Assembly: GCF_963853765.1 (NCBI RefSeq)
Contig: NC_088855.1
Coordinates: 36,402,205-36,466,204 of the forward strand
Length of the DNA stretch: 64,000 nucleotides
From: Magallana gigas
Lineage: Eukaryota
Reading direction: 5' to 3'
Below, piece by piece: positions 1 through 12,900 of this stretch. The position numbers and the translations under genes were made by a program. The notes below the pieces were generated by a model. That model saw only the letters and a program-made list of their open reading frames with translations, was not told the origin of the DNA and did not search any database. The first letter of the stretch is position 1; every line of letters starts with the position of its first letter.

Positions 1-1024
1 ACAAGCTGGAGAAGTACGGTGAAATGTTCCCGATATATGGCCGAAAAAATATCCCTAACCCCCTTTGACTTTGTTACTGTGGCCAAAATGATTCTGATAA
101 CCAGTATTTATCGGTAGCTGCAGAGTCGTAGCTAAATAAAAATGACAAATCGATGTATTAATTATCCATGCGTTAAATTTTCCGAATTTGTGTTTTTCCC
201 CAATAATTTATGAAAATGTAATCATGCGGACCAGCGGCATACGTTGTATAGATTTACATGTAATATAATGTTTTCAGTAATGACAGTCAGAGAAAGGTAC
301 TTGCGCCATATTGCTCACCCTCGAGGTCTTTCTACCGCCTAGTTCTTGGAAATTCACTACAGTCACTATAATTATTTATCAAGTTAATTTTTTATAAAAA
401 GTATAATTAAAGTGCAGTATAACCCCCGATCCCTTTAAACAACGAATTTAACGGCCAATGGTCATCTCATCTCCTTCGATACATTTTGATGTTTGATCTT
501 TGTTTCTTATCCAATTATAATCAATCCTAACCTTTCCAGATTTTTAACAATTTCTTATCCTAATTTACACTTCACTTACTGATACGCCACGAAAGCAATC
601 AAAAGAGTTATGTAAATTTTCTATAGTAAATAGATACAATCATTAAATTATCTTTGCAATCTCATCACCTTGTAATTTTTTTAAATACACGTGTGAACAA
701 TTACTATATATTACCTTCATTGTTGCATCTTCAAAAGCTATAGTGACATAAGTAGTAGCATATCACTTTTCTCAGTGCAAAAACCATAAAACAAACGTTG
801 GAAATAAAATCACTGAGAATAATAAAGATTTGTATAGACAATATAGAATATCTCGATAGAGTGTTTACATTCACCAGTATGTGTATTAAAAATCGATATA
901 TCGGCAACACTTCATGTACTAAGGAAAATAGTTTTGAACAAAATCATGTGTACAGTGTATAATTTAGCCGTAAAAGCTCCATTTCACAATTGTGTTTGTG
1001 CATATTCTTGTAACGAAATCTTAC

Positions 1025-1234
1025 CTCAAACGAGGCATGCAGCTCAGCGTTTTCCGCTACCTTCTGAACAAAGCATTCTTCTTGATTCCCGGGAACCTCC
1101 ACCTTGAACTCGTGCTGAGCCCCGGGGAGGCCGTCAAAGCTGAAATCTCCTTCCTCCCCCTCCCACGCACTCAGCGTGTGGTGAAAGAGATTCCAGAGAC
1201 ACACAGAAACCAGCAAGGCCCGAGCACTGAACAT
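1025..1234 (-). CDS. First coding exon of a p24/TMED (emp24/GOLD-domain, gamma-type) cargo-receptor gene. The rest of the gene lies further left, probably outside the window.
   Basis: The minus-strand ORF begins MFSARALLVSVCLWNLFHHTLSA, which looks like a signal peptide. It continues EGDFSFDGLPGAQHEFKVEVPGNQEECFVQKVAENAELHASFE, matching the start of a GOLD domain (compare TMED3/7 'TFELPDNAKQCFYE'). GC content is locally elevated. The ORF ends at a clean donor, GAG|gtaaga, at 1019-1024. Confidence 0.5.
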
Positions 1235-1620
1235 GGTGATAAATCATGTAGCCGAATATCATCACTCCGTCATGGCACAATGAAATAATCAATACTAGAA
1301 GGGAAGCCTGTACTCTCACAACACGTCGGCGCTTGATCATAATCACTTTCTAACGATGCTGATTTAAGCGGAGATAAATATCAATATAACCTTTTAAACA
1401 TCAGTTTACAACTGGTAATTCATACATGGCGTAGAAACCGATTTTTTGCATAACATTATATGTTCAAGTCCATATAATTATAAATGCTAGAATATAATTA
1501 AATGAAAACTAAACCTTTAAACACGCAGTGAATAATACTACATTTTAATTTAAGCTGTTGTTATGCTAGAACCCAGATGAGGAGAGAAATACAGAGACTG
1601 GTTTTGTTTTTAAGGTGCTT

Positions 1621-1950
1621 CACTACACCTAGACTTATACTTTTTAAGACACTACGTCACAAGATGGCGATTTAAATGTTTTGTTAAACTGTTTGTATCA
1701 AGCAATTCAGATATATATCGTCATAGCGCTGTGGTTAAAGTATCAGGCTTGTGAACCGCAGATCATGAGTTCGAATCCGCCTGTGGCTTTTGTTCATGTT
1801 TACTGAATGAAATTTCTAAAAATATCAGTATCCAAAATTGCACATTTTTTCGCCTATTTGACATATATACTTCTTATCCATCATGCTCACTATCATAATC
1901 AAGTAATTTTCTGCTGATTTGAGAAACTATTTGAAGGTGTAGTGAAGTAC
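1621..1950. mobile_element. MITE/SINE-like repeat, copy 1. It has short terminal inverted repeats (cactacacc ... ggtgtagtg) and a degenerate tRNA-like core (gagttcgaatcc).
   Basis: A second copy at 3666-3975 aligns along most of its length: the same internal blocks (acaagat..aaatgtt, tactgaat, ttttctgctgatttgagaaa) appear in the same order, bounded by the inverted ends. Confidence 0.45.
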
Positions 1951-2258
1951 CTTAATTTCAATGATATTTCCTCTTGCTGTTTTGCATCACTTGGAGAGTA
2001 TTTCACTCATTTCAAGAAATCATGCACGAGAAGGAATGTTTAGTTGAACGATTTTGTGTTGACGTAGGGTCTGTTACTTCGGTCCAAAAATAGTCCAAAA
2101 GATTAAAAAATGAACCACAATCATATATAACCATATAATATTAATTAAATTATACAGGTTGTATCAGAACAAAAAGTTTTGTCAGTGACAATTATACAAT
2201 ATTTTCAGATGTGCTGACAGATAAAACAAACTTAAATTCAAAATCAACAACGGGGTTA

Positions 2259-3562
2259 TCACTTCCACCACTGAACTATCGGATCGTGTTCTGTGAGTGG
2301 TTTTATCATGTCCCACGCCATTGGCTGAGTGATATCACGTGGTACTACATAGGGTCTCCCTGCATCCCTATAGGCACAGCGGATTCTGTCCCGTTCTGAG
2401 GTAGGGTTGTCGTAATTTGTCTCGGGTGTGTCCCAAGACAAATCGTGAAGAGCGAAACTCAATTCTGGTTGAAGCAAAATGAAACAGTTGTCACACCCGA
2501 AGGCATACCTGCTGTTGGTCGCTGGATAAAAAGGTGCAAACGTGGTGATGAAAAACGTCATCTTGTTGAACTGAAAAACCCAGCCTCGTTTCGAGACATA
2601 CGATTTATCCATGCATTTAATATTTTTCGGATCATTATCCGAAATCACTTTTAGAATTTTCTTGAATGTCTTTGCAAATTCCTACAACAAATATATGTGA
2701 TGTATTATACAAGTACTGAAAAAAAAAAATGTTAGAATCTTGGATGCATTACATAGAGCTCCATAATATTCTTCGATAAATCTCATTTGGATTCGGAGCA
2801 ATTTATTTTCAAATGATATTTTTCTTGAAATACATGTATATCTCAAAGACTTGGCTTACGTGTATGTCGTTATGGTGATATTCCTCGGGTATTTCGATAA
2901 CGAATCCATCAAGTTTATACTGGCGACAAACAATTGTAAACTGCAGCAGAGTTGGTAGCCATCTAAAAAAAACGTCGACTTTGAATAACAACTTTTTGCA
3001 TGGTTTGACACACCTGAATTTAAATGAAAAATTAAAAAAAAATTGTGTACAGTTGTGTATATATACATAATGAAGCAAAGTTATGAAGCCTTACCTGAAA
3101 ACATTCTCTTCTGCAAAATAATTAAAAAAACAAAATGTTACAACTTATTTCAAGATTCCAGTACGTTTTGTCAGATACATAAGGAATACTACTGTGGAAC
3201 CCAAAAGGGGTTTTATGTTGGATGTGAATAAAGTGTTAGTGAGATAAATTACCCAAACTTAATTCTTGGTTCCAATCCTTATTTCCCCAGAGTTTCGCCT
3301 TCTTTGCAAATATACATTCCGTGTTTTCTTGTACAGGGTTGAATTGCTGCAGTGCCGTGACACTGGTTGCGTCATAGGTCACGAACCCAAACACCGCCCT
3401 CTCTACGCTCCTCTGTAGCTCCTCCTCATCCACCAAGGGGTATAACTCGTTTACGATGTGTCGCGTTGTTTTCTGATCACTGTCTGATGAGGCATTGGGT
3501 TGCTTTGCCGGGGATAGTATATATAAAGATGCTAGAAAAAACACGACATTATGAATAAACAA
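2259..3562 (-). CDS. Three-exon gene encoding a conserved-looking hypothetical protein of about 310 aa. The exons are 3254-3562, 2860-2978 and 2259-2681. It has a hydrophobic N-terminus.
   Basis: Three minus-strand ORF segments join in frame through GT-AG splice sites. The donor is TTGG|gtaatt at 3250-3253. The first acceptor is ttattcaaag|TC at 2979-2980. The second donor is CAC|gtaagc at 2854-2859 and the second acceptor is ttgttgtag|GAATTT at 2682-2683. The joined protein reads ...KDWNQELSL-VDVFFRWLPTLLQFTIVCRQYKLDGFVIEIPEEYHHNDIH-EFAKTFKKILKVISDNDPKN...PIVQWWK. I could not assign a family by eye. Confidence 0.4.
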
Positions 3563-3665
3563 GACAAAGAAGTGCAGATCCTATGTTCCGTTTAAGCTGT
3601 TGCAGATAAAATGAAAAAACAAATCAACAAAAAATGATTTTTTTTTAAATTACGCAGTGTTACCC

Positions 3666-3975
3666 CACTACAAAAAACATTTTTTTGAAGACACAACATC
3701 ACAAGATTTAAATAAATGTTTAATCGAAGTATTTGCATCAATTAATTTCGTCGAGTTTTCTCATAGATCAGTGGGTAAAGTATCGGCCACGGCTCTAGAG
3801 TTCAAATCAGGCTAGCTGGAGCCATTGTAAATTTTTACTGAATTTGAAATTTAAAATTTTTTTCTCAACCCAAAAGTGCGTATGTTTCGCTTATTTGACT
3901 TATGCTCTTCTTTTGCATCATGCTATCTATCATGAAGTAATTTTCTGCTGATTTGAGAAAGGTGTAGTGGGGCAC
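3666..3975. mobile_element. MITE/SINE-like repeat, copy 2, of the same family as 1621-1950.
   Basis: It shares the tRNA-like core (ctagagttcaaatcagg) and the flanking blocks. Its inverted ends are ccccactaca ... tgtagtgggg. Confidence 0.45.
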
Positions 3976-5085
3976 TTTTATATGCATGAAAATGTAGGAA
4001 ATTTATCTTTGGACACATCAAACCATTTTTTATTAAACTCTGGAGTCGGTTAATATAGAGAAATTTCCGACAGATTTCTGAAAGAATCCTTCAATATTAT
4101 ATAGGATTGTAAATTATGATATAACTCAATTATAAAGACCTATCTTAACATTAAATATTAACTGTGAGTTTATGCCATATGATGCAAATACTGTGGTCAA
4201 TATTTTGGTTATATGCCAACCATATATTATATTAAGTCAAGCTGAATAAAAAACCCTCTTATTTTACCAAACTGAATACAGCATGCTGTATATAAATATT
4301 CAAGGTCTCATCGTAATTTGTTGTAGAAACCTGAGACATGTAGCCCCCCCCCCCCCCCCCTTTACACACACACATCCATAGAACTATTCACATTTCTCAC
4401 CTAAAACTGCAAAATGATTTACTTACCTAGAAATACAGCAAATGTTACCAAAGATCGCCAAGATATCGTTATCGAAAAAGTTGAAAACAAGAAAATACCT
4501 AAACACAGAAAACGAATTATAACACGGGGCTTTATCATCCTTCCTCGTTACTATCAGAAGGCGACACTACATATAATCAGTTGGACCTTGAAAAGACAAA
4601 GTGTGTTGGAACATTTGCAAACGGATCAGAATTTCCCACTTGTAATTAAAACCGATAATGTGTACACGAGTTACCATACACGTTGGTTTGTTTACGTTGG
4701 AACCCGACCTACTTCCGCCTACAACTCCTGTCATAAAGTGGGGAGTTGTCGTAAAACTACGGAACGCAAGATCAGACATAAAAACGATATTTAAGAAATA
4801 TCTAAATGTTTGGTTCTTTTCCCTTTGCAACCTGCATCAAGACTCCTGATCCATAAGTTTAAACGCAATTGAACAAAAGGTCAGTATTTTACTCTTCTCA
4901 TTATTTGATATAATAATATTAATTTTTTATTATTTTTCTAAAACAGAGAAATAACAAAAAAACAAATTTAACACATGAAAGATTTTTTTTTTCATTTATT
5001 ATATACAAATATTAAATTGAACACATATTGTAATGCAATGATATATAACATGAAATACAAAATACACAAATAATTTTATCTAATG

Positions 5086-5903
5086 CTATCCCAGTTTCTT
5101 TGATTTTTTCTTTACACCCTTTGGGGGACCAAATATCTTGAAGGTTGTTCTGTAAAAATAAAAAATAGTACTATAAATACATAAATATTTTACAAGAAAT
5201 GATCTTCTTATAACATTTGACTTAATACGACATAGTTTTCATTTGACATGAAATATAATGTAGCAATTCAAAGTCTATTTAATAACAGGGACATACATAT
5301 ATATACTTACTACTTAGTTTATACTCCCTGCTATTAAGTAATGTTGACAAAATGTTTGTATCATTTGTATCTCAAAGTGTACCAAATAAAAATTTACAAA
5401 AAGAACCATGATAAAAATGTTCTCCTTAGTACTGTTTGTGGTGGTACAAGTATATTATCTGTCTATTGTGATTCCAAGGGATATTAAACATGTGCAAATT
5501 AAGGGAGGAGATCAGGAGAGGCCAGGACCCCCCCCCCCCCCCCCCCAACCAATAAAACAATAAAAATTCAAATTTGTTAAAATTTACATAGTAAAATTAC
5601 CAAAAATGTGCCCCAGACCCCCACCCCTCCTCTTCAAAAAAGTTCTGGATCCATGAAAGTAAACATGTACATTACCACCAGAAATAAAGGGGGATCTTCT
5701 ATGTATAGTCAGAGTTACATGTACATGTATCTTATCGTTAATAAATGAAGATCTTAGATATAAACTACTAAGTACTTACTGACATGTTCCACAAATTGGA
5801 CTGAAGGCACAAAATACTACAATAAATGGATTTAAATAATTCTTATGTTAATATACTGGACAAAGTATTTAAACCCAATTATACTACATATCAATTAAAT
5901 TGG

Positions 5904-5942
<39 letters not shown>

Positions 5943-8900
5943 CTTACTTGAGAGACAGACAGAACACACGTATCCGATATCTATGAGGTTGCGGTGACAG
6001 AAGCATGCAGCTCTGTAGTCCACCTGGACTTTGGGAGGAAGGGTCAGCTTTGGTCTCTCAAGGGGGTCGGGAAGGAAAACCCACTGAAAAATGTAATTTG
6101 TTCATTATCTATTTCTGCAATCATGCTATTTCAAACCACATAATCATGTTGATGTAGATTAAGATTGTATCATATGTGGATATTAAAAAAAAAAATTGAC
6201 AAATTCAAAGAGAGTATGATAAAAATTTCAATATTTGGTGCTTTTAACATTTTAAGAAAAGAGTATAACGATGCAAAATAAAAGTTTGCTTACAATTTCT
6301 ATACATTTCTTCTGTGGTCAAATAAGAAAACTACTGGTGACTGATGAGTAATTAAAATTTTTGGGGCAACATGTGCATGGAGGTTCATCATTTGTTAGAG
6401 ATTCAAGTTGCAGTCTTAAAATCATAAAGCAAATAAAGAAAAAAATCTAACAAACCATCAAGTACTGCAACAGTCCTTTCATTTGAGGAATCTTCAGATA
6501 TATGCCCCCGGTTATATCACAAGCCTGAAATTAAACTGGTGTTCACTAAGTAAATTCTACAAAAAAGTAATAAATAAATGCATTTTTACAAAACAATTTT
6601 TCAAATATGAGCCAGCTTTTCTTAACCTGTTGCAGGAGTCCTGATTCATTATCCAAAACACAGGCATCGATTACCACATTCTACAAAGAGAAAAGAAACA
6701 CCACTTGTTCAAAACAATTCTTTTATAAATCTTAATGCATTTAGGTTGTAAGTTATGTGAATATGTATGGTACATGCCTGTTTCTGGGCTGTAAAAACGG
6801 CATTCATTAAATTCATATATTGCTCTGTGTTGTCCTCAGACCCTTTGATCACCTAGAACACAAAAATAATCTTAGATTTCTTATGCATATATATAATTTG
6901 GAGTGTAAACAATTTAGATTTTGATCGTGATCAGTGATTGTTTCAATGAAAACAGTACATGTATACGATATTTTTTTTTAAAGTTCATGTTCTGAATCTT
7001 ACCAGAATTCGACTGGAAAGAATCCCCGCTTCTTCATGACTCCTCTCTGTCTTGTTGATATCTTTTTAAGTTAAGAATCACCATGTCCTAGCAAGTACAA
7101 TGTACATGTGTAATTGCATTTACAGTAATTAATATTATGCTCAAAACAACATTGCAACTTTGCTGAAAATATTCCAAGGATACGACACAGAGCCATGGCC
7201 AAAGCACCAGCAACCAGAGAGTCTGGATAGAGTTGTCCATTCATACCTGAAAAAAATGAACATACGTCTTTTAAATGCGATTCTGTTTTTATAGCATACA
7301 TGTACCTGCTATTATTCAGAATAAAATGAACGTTGATTTTGACCCAATATTCAACTGATTGTTCAGCAAGCACTAGAAAATGCCAGCATTTTTAATATCA
7401 AAACAGACCTAAATACAATAATGTAACAAGATAATATTTTATTCAGGGAAATAAGTTGTTCATTGTAAGATAATCACATTGAAGGTTTTAAAACAAAATA
7501 AATGTAATGAATTTATACAAATCTTTATCCAACATCCATCAGAAAACTTACAATTGTCTATCAGGTTTTTAATTCCCTCTTTGATTTGCTTGTCCACCTG
7601 ATTAAAGAGCTCGTATTTCCCATCAGTCCCTTCTGTCACTTCATCTGCTTCTGATATCACATGAACTGTGGGATCATTCTTTGGATACAAAAACACACTG
7701 AAAACAAAATTCACATAAGTAGATCTATGCACAGAAAACAAATATGACAAAAAACTACTTTAAATCATTAAATAAATTTAATATAGATCTTCAGGATGCC
7801 CTATTAAAAAGCACAAGCTGATTTGCTGATGTGATCCATGCAATTAAATATTTTCTTTTCAAATGGCTGTTATGAGGCCATGCTCTCGCTGTCACTGGCT
7901 TAAGGTGGGTCGCGGGTTTGCTTTCGTCATCAAATTCTGTACGCAATTTAGACAACTTGTATGGCCGTTTTGTGCACATTTGTTTATGACAAATTGCATA
8001 TGAACAATAATTTCTCTTTTCTGTATTTTTGTGGACAATATTTATGTAAAAAGAATCAGCATTATCCTTTGAACCTTAAATCTGTAAAAGTTGTAGCTTT
8101 AGCAGTCCTGAATTTAGTTTTTTATAAATGATTGCTATGACTGAGTAAGTGGAACAGGTTTAACATTTTTTGACGTTGTGCTCATGAAAATGCGACAATT
8201 TTTGGTAGAATAATCAGACACATAAAATAAAATACCAAAATATCTAGTGAGAACTCAAATTTTTTTTTTACATAAATAATTTGTAAATCGTGTTTTCATA
8301 GAAACATAGAAACAATTGATAATTTGTCTAAATTGTTTAGAAGCTATTTGCAATTTCTCAAAATAACTCCCATCTTGGATGTAAAGAGAAATATGCTCAT
8401 TTTCCTATCTGTTTCCTTAGAAAAGCGTCAAAACAGCACCACAAACGATACTAAGTTTAGAGCGGCATTGTATACTAATAGCGTAGGCAAATTGCATAGG
8501 CAAATTTGATAAAAATTTTATATAATGAACTGTATATCCTAAATAATGATTTAACAAATTTTCAGGGCATGTTTCCTCTCGAGATTTTTTATGGGGTAAA
8601 CCTGCGGCCCACTGTAAGTTTGAAAACAATAGCTTCCAAGAATGTAAGATGTTTCCAACTAAAGACACAGTAGCAATTGGGGTAAGTCATTTTGTTTCAA
8701 TTTTTAAGATATAGTTTGGCTATGTATTAAAAAACATCATATGATTTCTATCCAACGCTTACCAAAAAAGAATTTCTTTTGCTTTATCATCACTATTGTA
8801 AGATGCCATTTTAGGTATTCAGCTAACACTAGCAGTTGAATATTTTTATTTTGAATCTAATTTTTCCATTGCAAAGCTCAAAATACTACTGGCATACCAC

Positions 8901-9579
8901 GAATTCTTGCCAAGGTCCACTGACCAGTGCATTTTACGTCATTTTATCAACACACTAAATCATCATTTGTAAGGAAAATGATGTAACAAAGCATAGGCGA
9001 GAAATGGTCCTTGGCCAGAATAAATCTCACACTAGTAAGGCTGATAGTTCATAGAGTTACATTTTTTATGTGCAGATTATTGATTAGTATAGACTCAGCA
9101 AGAGCAAACCTAGAACACATTTTAATCTAGATAACTCTGAATTCTAGCATTCTCGTTTTTTAAAAATAAATAAGTCTTCAGATCAGCTTCATTAATCTAT
9201 AATATCCCACCAAGTCTGTAAGTCAAGCAGTCACAACTAGAAGTTAAAGAATTGTATCATAAATACCTTTGGTCTGAGTGAGCAGCAATAATGGCCAACT
9301 TGTTGGAATGGTTCATCATTAAATGAGAGTGGGCAAAAACCATTACAGAATTCAGGCATTCTGTCAAAGTCATCTAGGTAATGAAATTTGCATAAAATAA
9401 ATCCATTTCAGATCAGTGCTTACAAAATATACCAGTAAACATTCTACTGAAGGAGTAATGGAGACAATTGTTGCAAGGGAATATTACCTTTTGCTGTGCC
9501 TTTGTATGAGATGATGGTTTGTGGCCCCACCATACTGGGTTTGTGTCGAGGATGATGATAAGTTGGCTTTTCACATTAT
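5086..9579 (-). CDS. GTF2H3: General transcription factor IIH subunit 3 (p34/Tfb4). Eleven coding exons were resolved; the first coding exon, with the ATG, was not.
   Basis: The minus-strand exons are 9488-9579, 9267-9373, 7552-7697, 7184-7246, 7003-7061, 6778-6852 (with a GC-AG donor, AG|gcatgt), 6627-6680, 6456-6524, 5948-6083, 5780-5816 and 5086-5149 (stop TAG). The joined peptide aligns against the human p34 sequence as I recall it: [13 protein letters not shown] / [24 protein letters not shown] / SVFLYPKND...[24 protein letters not shown] / [11 protein letters not shown] / [18 protein letters not shown] / [15 protein letters not shown] / WVFLPDP...[25 protein letters not shown] / [12 protein letters not shown] / [20 protein letters not shown]. 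This includes the C-terminal C4 zinc finger. Confidence 0.85.
5905..5941. repeat. (GA)n microsatellite lying immediately 3' of a GTF2H3 exon donor.
   Basis: The tract gagagagag... starts a few bases after the gtaaga donor at 5942-5947. Confidence 0.9.
7062..7183 (-). other. GTF2H3: U12-type (minor-spliceosome) intron in GTF2H3.
   Basis: On the minus strand the donor is TGTC|GTATCCTTgg, which is the U12 5' splice-site consensus /GTATCCTT. The branch site TTCTTAAC (plus strand 7070-7077, gttaagaa) sits 8 nt upstream of the acceptor, ...aaaaag|ATATCAAC. Splicing gives the in-frame join [23 protein letters not shown], which matches human [23 protein letters not shown]. No canonical U2-type GT donor in this region gives an open frame. 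Confidence 0.6.
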
Positions 9580-9947
9580 CTGAAGAAACAAAAAATCACT
9601 TTACAGCTACTGCATGCATTATAAATGGTCTACAATTCATTACAAATACTGTGTGTGTAAATTATATCATGCCTGTCATTTTGACTCTGAGCTCGCATGT
9701 TACTCTTTCATTTTACAACAAAAATGTTAAAGCATTCAATTTTTATTCGTATCAATATTTTCAATTTCTAGTTACAGAAAACGTCAATGAATGTGATACA
9801 GTATTTTTAAAGATACATTTTTTGAATCAGATTTTGTTAAATTTTGAATAGACTATGTGAAAAACTAACACATTAATAGATTTAAACTGATATTTTAAGT
9901 ACGGGCTAACTAAATTCTCTACTTTCAATTTCACGGCTGATGCAAAC
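9580..9947. promoter_or_regulatory. Putative bidirectional promoter and 5' region shared by GTF2H3 (minus strand) and EIF2B1 (plus strand).
   Basis: Only about 370 bp separates the most 5' resolved GTF2H3 coding exon (its 5' end at 9579) from the EIF2B1 ATG at 9948. The two genes are divergent. The unresolved first exon of GTF2H3 must lie in or near this interval. Confidence 0.35.
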
Positions 9948-12900
9948 ATGGACAGAGACGGTAAATATTACAAATGTGCTTTATAGCCCCATGTTAAATA
10001 TATTTTAGAGTGAATATAATTGTAGATATGTTAACTAATATAGCTATAAACTGTTAAGATACTTATAATGAATAACCTAACATAAGTAAATGTATTTTTT
10101 TAAAAATATGTCTCAGTCTGGTGATGAAATGTACACCTGACCATATAATATGTTCAACACATTTATAGTGTATATGTGGCATCTTTTTCATCACATGAAC
10201 TGTATATTAAAGCCTTTATAGCTGTATTTGAGACTACTCTTGTATTGATATATTTTGTACAATCCACAGTATACTGTATAAAACCAGAGACAAATTATGT
10301 CTCTGATAAAACTGGACTTTACATTGATTTAGACAAACCAGTACTTGCCATGCTTACTTTATGTATGTTTCTATATTTATTTTTATTCCAGGTATTTTAT
10401 CTTACTTCAATTCACTTGTCAAAGAGGATCCAAGTCTATCAGTAGCTGTTGCAGCCATTAAGACCTTACTGCATTTTCTAGAGAATAATAAGAGTAAGTC
10501 AAATGTTAAAAGATAAATTTCGGAAAAGAAAATTGTGAATATTAAGAGAAAAAGTCAATCGTAACTTGCAAGCTCAACATAAGATGACATAAATTATTCC
10601 ATTCTTTTTATTTTGTAGTTGAAACATTGGCTGAATTGCGAGACAGACTCAAGGAGGCAATTCAGATTCTTACGGAAACAGACAGCAGTACTACTTCTAT
10701 CTCCTCCGCTGGAGAGCTTTTCCTTCGCTTCATCACCCTCACAAGTTTAGAACACCCTGTAAATATCACTAATGTTCTTCTAATTAGTAGATTTGTATTG
10801 ATGATGTCAATTAGTTATAGATTTAATGATTATTAGGGGACTGCAGATGATCAATAAATCCCTTTACATTAACTGAAGTACTAATCCTTGCAGGGTTAAT
10901 TGATATAACAACATATTGGTGAAAAATGACATAAAAGCAATCAGTGGGGTATCCTTTGTTGTTTTCAGGATATTCAGGACTGTCAGCGGATATTGGTAGA
11001 AAGAGGAAATGTCTTCTTAAACAAGATCAAGAACTCTCGTCAGAAAATTGGCAAACAAGCTCAACAGTTCATTAGAGATGGCACAGTAAGAGGAAGTTAT
11101 ATTCCATGTACTAACAGTCCATATTTTGACTGATTGTTTTAGAAGTGCCAATAATTTTGCTTATTATAATAAGGACGATGGACCCAATTCACTTCTACAA
11201 TAGTGATTTTCATGAAATCTATCGTGTTACTGTGGTTTCATCAATATTCGTTGAATACCAATTTTCGTTGATTTCGATTTTAAGTTTATCCATGAAATTA
11301 AATATTCATTGAACTGCAAATATCATCTACTAATATTTTGTATTGATAGGGTCATTGGCCACAAATTTACGTATCCTTGAAACTGTGATTTTATCCACAA
11401 AAATTGATATCCTTGAATATCAATGAAACCACAGTATGTATGACATATTTTATCGTGAATAATCGTACAGAGTTTTATTTCCTTTGCAGACAATATTGAC
11501 TCACTCAAAGTCCAGAGTTGTCCTTCAAGTTTTGAAAGAGGCTCAGCAATCCAACAAACGGTTCCATGTGTATGTGACAGAATCTCTACCAAACAAGTCA
11601 GGGTCAGTATCTGTATGTGTCTATGTGACAGAATCTCTACCAAACAAGTCAGGGTAGGGCATAAAAAGGCAAAATATGGGTATTTACTTATATATCATCA
11701 TTGATCATATAAAATTAATTATACAAGTTCTCTCTTTTTTTATTAGTTTGGAAACATATAATGAACTTCAAGACATGGAGATCCCGGCAACATTGATACT
11801 AGATGCTGCAGTTGGGTAAACATTTATTAGGGCCCCGCAAGGATTTGCGGGTGCCCTATAGTAATCACTCTGTCCGTCCGTCCTTCTGTCCGTCCGTCCG
11901 TCTGTCACTCTTCCGTCCACAAATTTCGTGTTTTTTTCGAATAACTTTTTTTATGGTTGCCAAATCAAGTTCAAATTTGGTATGGTAGTTCAGTAGGCAG
12001 AAATACATATTTTGATGCTAAGTTTGGTTCTCTATGTCTTCTGGTTTGGAGCTGGGGTGGTGGGGTAGATTCCTAACTATGCATAAGAATGAATGGGCAA
12101 AGAGAGATAACTGCTGAGAATGAATGGGCAAAGAGAGATAACTGCTGAGAATGTTACCATTGTATACATGGAAGGCTGTGCAATATTTGTCCTTTGGGAT
12201 TAATTAACCTTCCACACTATTTTATTTTTTAATTATTTATTTTATTTTTTTCTGCCTTAATGCTGTTAATTTTAACAGGTAATCAGATAATAACCCCATG
12301 CTGTCATTTCGGAAAAAAAAATCTTATTGTAAATTTAGAAGAAAAGGATGAGAGAGCAGAACAATTAATCCCCTGGGATCAATTATCTTGCCTGCTGCAG
12401 AAAATTTAGAGGCTTATCTCTATCTGTCATATCGAGATTAATGAACACCTTTGAAATTGTCTGCACTGATGTTTGTTTTGAAGCAAATTAAACTCTCATT
12501 CCATGAGCTGCACCCTAATATTTTTCCCCCTCGGTTAAAGTGATGTTTGTTTGAAGTTGAGGCAAAGCCTAGGTATCATTGCATTGGTATCAATTCTTTG
12601 TTTTTCTAAAAAAAATTATTTCATCCCATGTTAACCTCCTTTATCCCATGGATATGACTCATTGGATATTTTTTGGATATCCCACAGTTGTGACTTTACA
12701 ACGGGATTTGCGTAGGCATAAAGAAGTAAAATAATGTGGAGTTTAATAAACAGTGTAAACATTGATTGTGGTGTATAAAACATTGGATATTTTTTGGATA
12801 TCCCACAGTTGTGACTTTACAACGGGATTTGCGTAGGCATAATGAAGTAAAATAATGTGGAGTTTAATAAACAGTGTAAACATTGATTGTGGTACGTGTA

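Noticed and set aside
1716-1790. tRNA-like segments (gagttcgaatcc at 1766, ctagagttcaaatcagg at 3800 and ggttcaaatcgcacc on the minus strand near 17650).
   Set aside because: No complete cloverleaf with paired acceptor and T stems can be drawn. They sit inside repeated MITE/SINE bodies and so are tRNA-derived repeat cores, not tRNA genes.
4333-4352. Long poly-C and poly-G homopolymer runs (4333-4352, 5521-5546, 14657-14675, 35254-35270).
   Set aside because: They are probably simple homopolymer tracts or sequencing-prone regions in introns. No flanking structure suggests a function.
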